A program made the translations under genes and the position numbers. A model generated the notes under the pieces. That model was not told the DNA's origin, searched no databases, and was given only the letters and a program-made list of their open reading frames with translations. Of a stretch of DNA of 64,000 bases, positions 36,574-46,982 are shown in pieces. Within the stretch, counting starts at the first letter, position 1. Each line of letters starts with the position of its first letter. The DNA is from Rhodosorus marinus CCMP1338 (Eukaryota > Plantae > Rhodophyta). Location of the stretch: NCBI GenBank assembly GCA_029953675.1, contig JAMWBK010000003.1, positions 2,976,001-3,040,000 on the forward strand, in the 5' to 3' direction.

Positions 36574-38261
36574 ATGTCGGACGACGGGAAGAGAGGTGAT
36601 GTTTATGATGTGTTTGGGTCGGATTGGGAGATGAGCGATGCTGAAGAGGAAAAGGTTTCTGGAAAGAGCGTTGATAAGGAAGCTGAGGAGCCGCCGGATG
36701 ATGGCGCGAAGGAGTCGGATGATGATGATGAGCTGTATGATTTTGGGAAGAGGAAGAAGAGGAAGGCTAAGGGGACTTCTGCTGCTCGTGGAAGCGCTCG
36801 TAAGAAGCAAACAAAGAGGCTGAAGCGGGCGTCTGGGGAGAAAGTCGAGGAAGGAAGAGAACCTGGAGTCGGAGATGAAATTGGGTTGGATGGAGACAGT
36901 GGAGAGGTTAGTAACCCACCCTCCAAAGCAAGGTTTCCCTCGGGCCTTGTCAAAGGTTTCTTTGGAGGCTTTTTTAATCCCCTCGTGATATGTGCCCTCT
37001 GCTACAACAATTTCGTGAAATTGGAATCAATCCTAGTTGCGGCATTGAGTAGAATCCGCAGCCCTTTTTGTTTTAGCAGTCACAGTATTGGCATGAGCCT
37101 GAACCCTGTTTGTTTGTTCTCGCTGGACTCCCAATAGGACTCGGAAAGTGCTGGGAGTGAAGGAGAAGCTGTGGATGATGCTGAGAGAGCCGCTGACAAG
37201 GCAATCGCGAAGACCGGAAAGGACAAGCAAAAGAAAAAGTATCAGAGTCTCGACGAGATGCGACAAGCTTCTGAGGACCTCATCGGACGTATGTGGAAAG
37301 CCCGTGACGAGGATCTGAAGGCGTTTAAGAGGGACCAACCAGCGTTGCAAAAGCTTAAAATGCTGCCAGAGGTAATCTTGTAGTCCACTTTCCGGTGCTG
37401 CGCTCTTAAGGTCACTAGACTCATTCAGAATTCCGCCCTCCCCCTCTTGCTTTCAGGTCGAAGATTTTTGTAAGCGTGTTGGCTTTCCTGAGGTTCTTTT
37501 GCAATGCAAGATTCTTGGAGCGCTACGCCTGTGGCTGGATCCGATGCCAGATTCGTCACTGCCAAATCAATCCGTTCGAACCAGAGTCCTAAAGCTCCTG
37601 GAAATCTTCCCAGTACGACAACGGCACACAAGCTCCTCGCAAATGTCTCCGAAACCCATGATTTCTTACTGGTGCTAGTCCATGCGTCGTTCTTACAGAT
37701 TGATGAGGAGTGGAAGGAGCTGCTTAGGGAAAGCGGAGGTCTTGGAAAGATCATCAATTTCTTGTCTATAAAAGATCCATACGAGCCGAATCGGAGACAA
37801 GCAAAGAAGCTCATTTCAATATGGTCGCGTCAGATATTCGATAAGAAGGAAGTCACCGATCCTTACGAGAGGGCGCCGCCTCCTTCTAGTATCGCTCAAT
37901 GTAAGTCTACACGCTGCTCTTGGAAGCGCTTTTTGGCTCTCAAATTTGTCGCTTGCTTCTTTTCGCGTTGTTCACATTCGTAGCATCTGGGGCAGCGGAC
38001 AAGAAGGAGTCGATGTATGAGAGGGAAATGAAGAAATCCAATGCTTCAAGGTTCTTCGCGCGAGTTCCACAACCCGCATCCTTGGCTTTCAATCGACTGC
38101 CTGAGGAGAGCATGGGCGACTTTGAGGAAGGAGGCCGAGTCCGAACGGAGAACAAGAGTAAGGCGGCGGTCGAAAAGGGCCTGCAGAGGCTTAAGAAAAA
38201 TAGAAAGGGTGGCAACGACCGGGCTGTGAGCCTCTCCATCGAGGGAAGGGGACTTCTCTAG
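36574..38261 (+). CDS. IWS1: Transcription elongation factor IWS1/Spn1 (TFIIS-N domain), 4 exons
   Basis: Acidic N-terminus, 'MWKARDEDLKAFKRDQPALQKLKMLPEV', 'LRESGGLGKIINFL', 'AKKLISIWSRQIF', 'RARVP' equivalent, C-terminal 'AVSLSIEGRGL'. Confidence 0.88.
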
Positions 38262-38309
38262 CAGGGGAAGGTTAAAGCCTTTTTAGTGCAGATATTATAT
38301 GCTTTAAAA

Positions 38310-38580
38310 TCACTTCGGGAAACAAAAATTTACTTCACCGGGGAAGCGGTACGAAAGACGTTCGCGGCTGTCTTCAAATCCCTTTCCGATTGGGATTCGA
38401 AGCAGGGCACCGTCACTATTCGGTTCACGAATTCGGCGGACGGTTAGAGCGGCAATAGGTCCGAGTGCGGGAGGGGCTGAAAAAAGTGCAATGCTATTCA
38501 GCCCTTTCAAATCTGAAAGGGTACGATATCCTGCCGAAAACCTGTCATGTTTTCTTGGAACATCCTCTGTGAGCTTTAGA
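38310..38580 (-). ncRNA. Candidate Sm-class structured RNA with U1-like stem-loop II
   Basis: Minus strand: AGGGCTGAA-TAGC ATTGCACT TTT-TTCAGCCCCT hairpin, further hairpins (11-bp stem at 38372-38402), and Sm-like AATTTTTG at 38330-38323. The canonical ACTTACCTG 5' end is absent. Confidence 0.35.
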
Positions 38581-38864
38581 TCTTCTCCTGCTTGACGAAT
38601 TCTCTTGGATCCATTCGGACTGTAGCTAAAGGACCACCTCGGCCGAGTCTCGAAGGCCTTTGTCGCCGAACGGTTTTGCTGAGGCCATCCCTACCTTATC
38701 GAACCTATAGTTCGTATGAGCGTGAAAGAGGGAAGTCTGTCTGTATATCGTACAGCACGACGCGCGAGGTTGAATGGGCTCCCAGAGAATGTCTTGAATT
38801 GCAATTCGTCTTGAGTCTTTTTGAATTCGACTAAGCCTAGTTAAAAAGCGGGATCGGCAGTGTC

Positions 38865-39295
38865 CTATTCTGAGTACGACTCGTGAGGTTGGTTCGTACA
38901 TCCTGGCGCGTCCTTATCATTTACACCGCAGCAGTTCCAGAAGTATTCCAGCCCGCTTGTCTCAGTCGGCGTGATTCGGTTGAGGCGACCAGAATAGTAC
39001 CCAGTATGTGTTCTGTGCATTGAGAAACAAGAGCAAGAGAAACGAAGCCCGCAGATCTCAGAATGTGAAACTCGTATCCCACGTGCGCCACCTCGACAAA
39101 GTCAAGTACTCACCGACACGCTCGCGGGTGGTTCTTTTCTCGATCAAACAGCTCCTTGCAGTTCTTGCAGACAATCATCCCAGCCGACAGACAGGGGAGC
39201 ACGAGTCTTTTGGCTCTCCGCGGACTGCTGGCGACCTTTCCAGATCTACCATTAGATCTAAATTTCGAAGGTGAACTAAGAAATCCACAACTCAT
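38865..39295 (-). CDS. Small (109 aa) CHORD-like Cys/His zinc-binding protein with plastid-type transit peptide, 2 exons
   Basis: Exons 39295-39114 and 39012-38865 (intron GTGAGT..CACAG, 101 bp) give ...CKNCKELFDREKNHPRACRTHTGYYSG...YFWNCCGVNDKDAPGCTNQPHESYSE*. Confidence 0.8.
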
Positions 39296-40458
39296 CGTCT
39301 TTGCTTTGAGAAAAATTGCGGTACCCGCCTTTTCCTTTCACTGCGGAAGTCCCTCCTGCCAGCGACTCGATCGACTCGTTGAGGAGAGGTCGTAGTACTT
39401 AGAAAGATCTTCTGCTTCCGAACGGGTCTGGTTTTTCGTAAGTTGGTGGTTACTCACAGCTTTCAGTCAATTGTAAGATGATTGTTTGTGAGTGAGTGCC
39501 TCTCTTTCGTCCGCAACCCAGCTGTGAACAATACACCAGCAAAGTCAAGATCCGCCTCAGACAATGATCGGCTACCCGGGGTGGCTTCGCGGCAGCTGTT
39601 CTACAGTCCAACAGCTACCAATGATGTACGCCTTCTCCTCGAGCACGTCAGCACCCAATAACTTAGAAGTGGCAGCAAAAACTGAGCGCGTTACCGATCG
39701 ATGGTGCTGCAGAAAGTCTAATGAGGTTGGCAGCTCCACCATTATGGCCTGATCTGCTTCATCGGGTTTGAAGAAGACTTGGTGAAGCAGACTACTGTTT
39801 TGGTTCTGAGCATCTTCCTCCGAAGGGAGCTACAGACATCGTGAGCGAGTAAGAGTCTCGATTGTCAAGTCATCTTCTCGTTCAAGAGGACCCGATCCTC
39901 TCTGTCTCTCTTTCTGTTCGATTTCTAACTATTGGGGAAAGGGACAGGAAGCTCATAAGGCAAGTCAGTCTGGAAACTGATGATGAGACAACCGTTTCGA
40001 TAGGAGAGAGGGTTCCCTCCTTGAAGAGGCTAAAGGGTTTCTAAACCTACACCTACCAAACCTGCTGATGTGTAGCTGAACAGAAGGGACGGGAGGTTTT
40101 TGTCTCGAAAAGTTGGAAAAGGTTTCGGGAAGGAGGAGCACTTGGTGGATTTTGCATTTGTTTATTGGTTTGATAAGGGAGTTAAGGGAAGGGTTAGGAA
40201 GGAGGCCTTTGAAGGAGTAGAAATATGAAGGCTTAAAGGACCAGTTGTTGTGTGTCGTGCTTGTAGAGTGGGACTGGAGGGTTTGGTTTGATTTGGTGGC
40301 GACCTTTTGGAAAAGGAATGTTTGGTTTGGGCTGTGGGACCTGAACGGGAGGAAGAGGAGGTCAAGAGTTTCTTGGATGTTGAATTGTAGTGTGCATTGA
40401 ATTCGAAGTGCTGCTTTGAGAGGTGTAAGGAAGCGTGGATTGACGTTTTGAGAGGGCG

Positions 40459-42720
40459 ATGGAGGAGAATTTGTCCATTGCACAGCTGCAATGGAAGTGT
40501 ATTGAGGGGATTTTAACCTCATCTAGATTGGAGGAGGGTGATGAAGATGATGAGAACGGTTTGGATGGTGGATATGGTGGAGGACGCTTCGGAAGGCGTG
40601 GCTTTGATGAGGAGGACCGTGATGCGCCGCCAAAGTGGAAGATTTTAGTATACGATGCGAATGGAAGGGATCTGCTGGCTACCTTGGCAAAAGTGTCGGA
40701 TTTACGGAAGCTTGGTGTTACCCTACATATGATGCTTGACTCCAGTAGACAGCCCATACCGGACGTCCCCGCTGTCTATCTGTGTTGTCCGACACAAGAG
40801 AACTTGCGGCTGATCGCCAACGACTGCAAGAGAAATCTCTACGATTCGTACCACCTGAATTTCACTGCGTCCATTCCACACGAGGTATTGGAAGAGTTTG
40901 CCGAGTCGCTAGCCTCACAACCGGACTTCTGCGCTTCAAACATCAAGAGAATCTACGACGGATACTGTAACTTTGTGTCACTGGAGAGCGACCTCTTCAC
41001 GCTCGATATTCCGGATTCGTATTCGCTCCTGAATGATCGAAATCTGAAGGTATGTCACACGAGCAGCTCAGCGCTTTTGGCTTCCGTACGGTTTTTGCCT
41101 CTAAGACATCGCGCTCTTTCTTATCAAATTGTGCAGGACGATGCAATCGAAGGCAACGTTGAGAGAATTGTAAGCAGTCTTTTTAGCGTCGTCGCAACAA
41201 TTGGACAGGTGCCAATTATTCGTGCTCAAACAGGCGGACCTGCGGAGATGATTGCGACGGCGTTGGACGAGCGAATCAGAGAATCGCTGTCTATAGCGAA
41301 TAATGTCTTTGCCGAGGCTTCGACAACCCAGAAGTATTCTGTTTCACCCCAGAGATTGCTCCTCGTCATCCTGGATAGGTAAGAAATCTGAAGCTTTTGT
41401 TGGTGTTCGAAATACCAACTACGTGGATATGGAGAGAACGCTGACATGTGTTCCTATCTGCACTTGGCCCGCATGCAGAAACATCAGTTTGCCTGTGATG
41501 CTCCACCACACATGGACATATCAAGCACTTTGTCACGATTTACTTCAGATGAAGCTGAATCGAGTCAGGCTCGAAATGAAGGAAGGGAGTATGTCCCAAA
41601 CGGGCCCCAGGCCGTGTGATTTGGACAAATCTGACGAGTTTTGGAAGGAAAATGGTGGAAGGCCGTTCCCAAAGGTTGCAGAAGCAGTGGAAAATGCGCT
41701 CAGCCTGTACAAGACAGAGGTTGAGGAGATTAACAGAAAAGCTGGGTCAGTTGGAGGTGCTGACCCACAGGTAGAGGGGGCAGACAAGCTTGCAAAGGCC
41801 CTTGAGAGTCTCCCGGAGCTCACGAAGAAGAAGCAGATTATTGACCTGCATACGAACATAGCGACCGCACTCCTGGATATCATCAAGGACAGAAACCTCG
41901 ATGCCTTCTTCCACGCCGAGGATCAGCTCATGTCCCACCGGGACATCGAAAAGGAAACCATCCAGAGCTTGTTAAGCACGTCCAAAGGAACCCCGGATGA
42001 TAGGATGCGTCTATTTATCATATACTTACTGTGCGCTGGCTCAACTGCTGAAATCGACTCGTTTCTCCCTACTCTCAAGAGTGCTGGCTGTGACTTGAGG
42101 GCGGTGAAATACGTCAAGGAGATTAAGACTTTCACTGACCAGATCGATGTCAAATCAACTTTGCAGAACATGAGCCTTCCATCCCGGAATTCCGTCCCCT
42201 CAACGGTATGCCTCATAATGAGCGTGGCGACGATCCGTGTGACAGACGATCAACTCACGTTTTCGCTTTCGCTAAACAGGTATCGGACGTTGGCCTAAGC
42301 AGCATGATGTCCTCAATTGTGGAGCACGGGAGCAGAGGCCTAACCCAGGTGGCGAATAATTTTAACAAGCTCATTTTGGACGAGGACAAGGCGCTAGTAT
42401 CTGGAAGGGTGGTGGAGGCGCTAATGGACCAGAAAGGACGAGAGGATGTGAGGGAGACGTACGCCTACTTCGATCCCCGGCAGCCGAAGAGGTCTGTTAC
42501 ACGGACCCAGAAACAGTTTCGAGAGGCTGTCGTATTCATGGTCGGTGGAGGAAACTATGTCGAGTATCAGAACATCAAGGACCATCTGAAGGGAGACAAG
42601 CACGTGCTCTATGGATGCACCGATCTTGTTACTGGGGAAAGCTTCCTGAGACAACTGGAGAAACTGTCGGGGGAGGCGAAGGAGGAGCCTTCCCAAGGTG
42701 AAGGGGCACCAACATCGTGA
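40459..42720 (+). CDS. SLY1: Sec1/Munc18 family protein Sly1 (SCFD1), 4 exons
   Basis: 'WKILVYD..GRDLLA..KVSDLRKLGVTLH', 'RQPIPDVPAVY', 'LLVILDR', 'HHTWTYQAL.HD', 'VFMVGGGNYVEYQN', 'YGCTDL'. Confidence 0.93.
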
Positions 42721-43138
42721 CGAAGGCCAATATTATCGATGGATACTGTTTGGCGTCAACTGACCCTGAGCTTTGTAATCAAATTTTTCACCATTGTTAT
42801 GTGAAAGCCGCTCAGAATCTTCCTGTACCCTCATATCAAACATCGGCGTCGGAAGTACGAGTGCTGAATATTAGAAGCCTTTCTCCGTTCGTTGTCTATT
42901 TTACCTTTTTTTTGATGAACCAAAGTATGAAAGTGGCTCGTATCTACTGCGGCTTGTGGTGTAAGAAAGTCTCACAACTCGATGATAGCGAGCTTATCAG
43001 TCTGGATACAAACCGGAGTTGGCATGTTGGTGAAGTCCGGATGCTGCAAGTTGCGGAGTTTCAAGCGCTCGTTGATGAAACCGTCTTTAGTTCCCTTATC
43101 ATCTTTACACTAGACATGGTCGGTCTCATTCAATTGTG

Positions 43139-44426
43139 TCACAATATGTTTAGCGCGAGCTCGTAAGCATGGGTTAGTCTATTACATACACAGGCTCCAG
43201 ACAACGGGTAGTTTGAGACCGAAAGGGTGTCTTCAACCCAGTCCGCTTCAACCTTGTAGGCGGCAATGGAAACCCAGAAGCACTTCGGTTAGCACGACAT
43301 CGGCGTCTGTTCTCGTAGTTCGTGATTCAGTCCTCCTCACCTTTCCTTTAGCCATCGCCCCGATTACGTAAACAACACTCTCACCTTCCCGGGTCTCAAC
43401 GACTTCCTTTGCGTGGTCCACAACATTCACCATCTTCTCGCTATTGAACGAGAATGCTAAGGTTTCCAAGGAACAGCGACAAAGACGGTCAGTTTGGACG
43501 GATTGAAGTAACACTTAAAAGCATCTGTAGCTCTCAAAACTCTTATGCTCAGGAGATTTTTTGCTTACCAAACTTTGCACTACCGACTGGCAGATGTGAA
43601 GTTACCGGGTTTCTAATCACCTTCATGAGCGTGTCCTGACTGTTAGTTGCTCTAATCTTGAACTTGCTTAGGAGCTCAGCTGATAGTAGATCGAGGGACG
43701 ATAGTTTGCAGAGATCAGTGAACTTGGATCACTATTTGATGCGAGAGAGTATGTGCAGAGGTTGTTTGCTACCCATGAGCCCGGAGAAACGTCGGAAAGT
43801 CCTAGGAATTCGGAGTTGTGGATGAAGCTCAATCAGGACGTTCTTGCTGGTACGAACGTATACTTGAAGGTGACCGCTCTTGTTCAACGGACTGTCGAGG
43901 AGAGCAAGGAGGCACTGCAGAATGAAGCTTTGTCGGTCAGGGAGTGAAATACCTCCGATCGTCCGGATTTTAGTTCTAATTACCTGGTGAGCGACGTCTG
44001 GTCGGACCTCTGCTGGATCTTTTCCGCTACGCTTTATAATGCCCTTATGCTCGTCCGCGGCGAGAAGCGTAGATCCTGATCCACGTTGCCTCTTTACAAC
44101 CTCGAGGTTGGCGCAGTCCAGTACAACAATCACCTATAGCAAAAGTAGCAGACGGTGCTTTCCGTTCTGTCAGTTACAAGGTTTGGCTTTCGATATACAA
44201 ATGTAAGCATGGGCGTCGTGGTCGGACAGACCTTCTTCACGGAAGTTTCCGGAGCTACTGCCGAAGCCAAACCAGCGTCGCTGTCATCTAGCTGCCCAGC
44301 ATCATTTCCATCCAGAATCGCCTTGTACATAGACGCGGACTGCTTCCTTTCTTCCTTCCTCTTCTTCCGTCTCATTTGCCCGTCATCAGCATCCTTGGAT
44401 TCACGTTTTCGAACACCAGACTTCAT
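43139..44426 (-). CDS. EMG1: 18S rRNA pseudouridine N1-methyltransferase Nep1/Emg1 (about 5 exons)
   Basis: 'VRPDVAHQ|[14 protein letters not shown]', '[21 protein letters not shown]', '[10 protein letters not shown]', '[16 protein letters not shown]'. Confidence 0.92.
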
Positions 44427-45372
44427 ATCGATTCCACAGTTCAGATGTGCGTTGCAAACCTATTCGTTTTTCATTCCTTGCTCACCATGTATTTTCCTTG
44501 AAGACTTCCTCCTAAGGCGAAATCCTTATAGGCTTATCGATGACAATCAATCCGAAAATCTGATGAGCGAATGCCGCCGACGGTGTTATTAGTGTTCATC
44601 CTCTTTAAAGAAGAGTCAGAAAGCTCAATGTCTTCGCGGCTCGGGATCATATGGATCGACTCTTTTCGTTTAGGACGAGTGTATGTAAAGATCAGCGTCA
44701 GAAAACTACATTATTGAACGTCTTTCTAAGAATTAGGATCTCTGTCTGTCTTCCTGAAGAAAACTTCATCACTAAAAGCCGTCGTCGCGGAAGTGAACCT
44801 TTTTGAGTGTGACAAGAAGATCTCTGTCCGCATGACGAGCTTATATTGTCTGTCTTCTTCCTCACGAAACATAGCCTTTCGACTAGTGAACAATGGAAAA
44901 GATGGGTTAGGTAAGTTGTAGCATGTTGAGCATCCCTTCACAACAGGAATTTCGGTCTGCTTTGTTGACTAGCAACAGCCAAGTGCTTAGCTTCGCGTAT
45001 GAGGAGAGATCAGTTGGGAGTGAAGCTAGATTTCTGTTTGAAGCTCCAAGACAGTACTCTACTGTACGAGGAGGACAGCTTGGGCTGTTGGTTGGAGGAG
45101 CTTCATATAGGAGTGGGAAAGGAATGTCGGACTGGTTTGATTTCTGGTTTAGAAGATTAAGACTTCTACGACGAGTTTGTAATCGCTGATGGAGTGTTTC
45201 TGATGGACTGTAGTCGATAGAATGGAGAGCGAGCTTTGAGTTTGACGGAAAAGGGGTCTAGTTCTGTGGTTTGTTTGTAGGATGTACTTGGTTTGGTGTA
45301 GAATTCCGAAGGGCCAACCTGTTTATGGATTTGAAATGATTTTGTTGGTTGAGGGTTGCATTGTTTGGAGGA

Positions 45373-46210
45373 ATGATGAGCTCGAAAAGGAGAGGTAGAG
45401 AGCGGAGAAGTGAATCCGATGGCGTTGTTGAGGATCTTGAGGATGGCGCACATCACGAGGAGGGAAATGGTGATGAAACGAGCAACAGGATATTAGAGGA
45501 TGCGTACATGGTTGTGGAGGGACTGGAGACAGCTCCGTATGTGGAGGACATTCGATTATTGATTTTGAGCGCGCTCAAGAGAGAATCTCCGGATGAGATC
45601 GCTACTATAGCTGATGCATGGAAGGATATGAAGTTCTCCTACATTTACTTTTCCAATCCTACCGTTTTGGTGAGTTCTCCAACCCGTACTCAGGATGTAG
45701 CACCGCATCTGATAGTTTGCCAATGCATGATTGTTCTTTAACCCTTTTGATCTTGTCTTGACGTTTTGTTCGTTTCCATCACCTTCGCGCTGGAAGACGC
45801 GTGTCGAATTCCTTCAGTGTTTGTATCAGGAGACAATATCACTTGTTCGGGAACCACAAAAGCTGCTTCATACAAACACCTCAGACGAGCGGGTTAGCAA
45901 CGTTTCAATGAATCTCCTCGTCCTCCTCTTCGAATGTCAACCTCATCGAAACACTGCAAAGGAAGCGAAGATCAGAATAGACAAAAGCATATGGATCGAG
46001 CTAAAAAGCAAGCCACAAACTACCCATCTACTTCAGCAAGATGCTTATGTACTCGTAGTGTCATCTTACCTTGTTGCTGGACCCGCAGCGGCGCAGAAGA
46101 ATCTCGAGATCCGATCGAAACGTCCACTTACCCGTGCACACATGTCGCAAACTTACGGTGCTCGTGATCAAAATTTGGCGGAAATGCTCTTAATATTTCC
46201 GTTTGATTAA
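45373..46210 (+). CDS. SNAPC1: snRNA-activating protein complex subunit 1 (SNAP43)-like, 2 exons
   Basis: 'WKDMKFSYIYFSNP', 'FLQCLYQETI', 'LLFECQP', 'KIRIDKSIW' resemble the SNAPC1 N-terminal domain as I recall it from plant and animal proteins. Intron 45670-45796. Confidence 0.65.
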
Positions 46211-46982
46211 CAATATACGTATATTATTGTAGGATATGTTCTAAATTTTGGTGCTTCCACAGAAGCGGCTGTGGAAAGGGACCGAAGGAGGAGAGCTAGG
46301 AAGTTGGTGGCGAAGGCCGAGGCCGTACAGGAAGTTGGATCCTTTGATTGTTTAGATCAATCGTTCAGAGAGTACGAATCTCAACGAGCGTGGAAAGCGG
46401 TTTCTGATTGTTATCGAGTGATTCTGAACTAGGGCAACTCCCCCTGAAACTGAACAGGTATAGAATCTCGAGAGCAGCTTTGAGAGATCTTGGACTCACG
46501 CTTCCTGGAAGGATAGTACCCTCTTTTGCTGTCGACGCTAGAGTTCGGTTTGATGAATTCACGATGAGCAAGAAGAGGTGACAGCGAAGAGGGCAGCAGT
46601 CAGATGTGCATAAGCTCACGGGCGTGTATGAGAAGACAACCGTCACGTTTAGGGATGGAGTTTGGCGATTAAGAATTCAGGTCCACGTTCTACTCGAAAA
46701 AATCGTGTGAAGCAGAGCAGATCAGCTCTGTACAAAGGGCTCCGCTCTTATTTCCGTGTATGTGGACATTTTGAATGGAAAAAACTGTTTGGTCTTCACA
46801 TTGGACGTGATTACCGGCAGCTTTCAAATGCTTTGTACACACATTCCTAACTCGCGGTCGCACGTGAACTGTTGCCCGGCATCTCTGTCTTGACGATCAA
46901 ACATCCTTGAACAAGACATCATGAAACGGATATGGTGGACCGAATAAATTTATTTTTATAGCGAATACAAGGACGTTTAAAC

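Noticed and set aside
38729-38835. RNase P/MRP RNA (GGGAAGTCTG ... AATTCGACTA)
   Set aside because: The two P4-like halves are only ~100 nt apart, too short, and pair poorly.
38595-38875. U3 snoRNA on the plus strand (GGATC near 38608, box-B-like GAGCGTGA at 38718)
   Set aside because: Box A mismatches the 18S-pairing GGAUCA, there is no clear box C or C', and the only CTGA lies inside the neighbouring stop-codon region. Kept only as a weak alternative.
44560-44580. Hammerhead ribozyme core (CTGATGAG..CGAA)
   Set aside because: No stem II between the core elements and no flanking stems.
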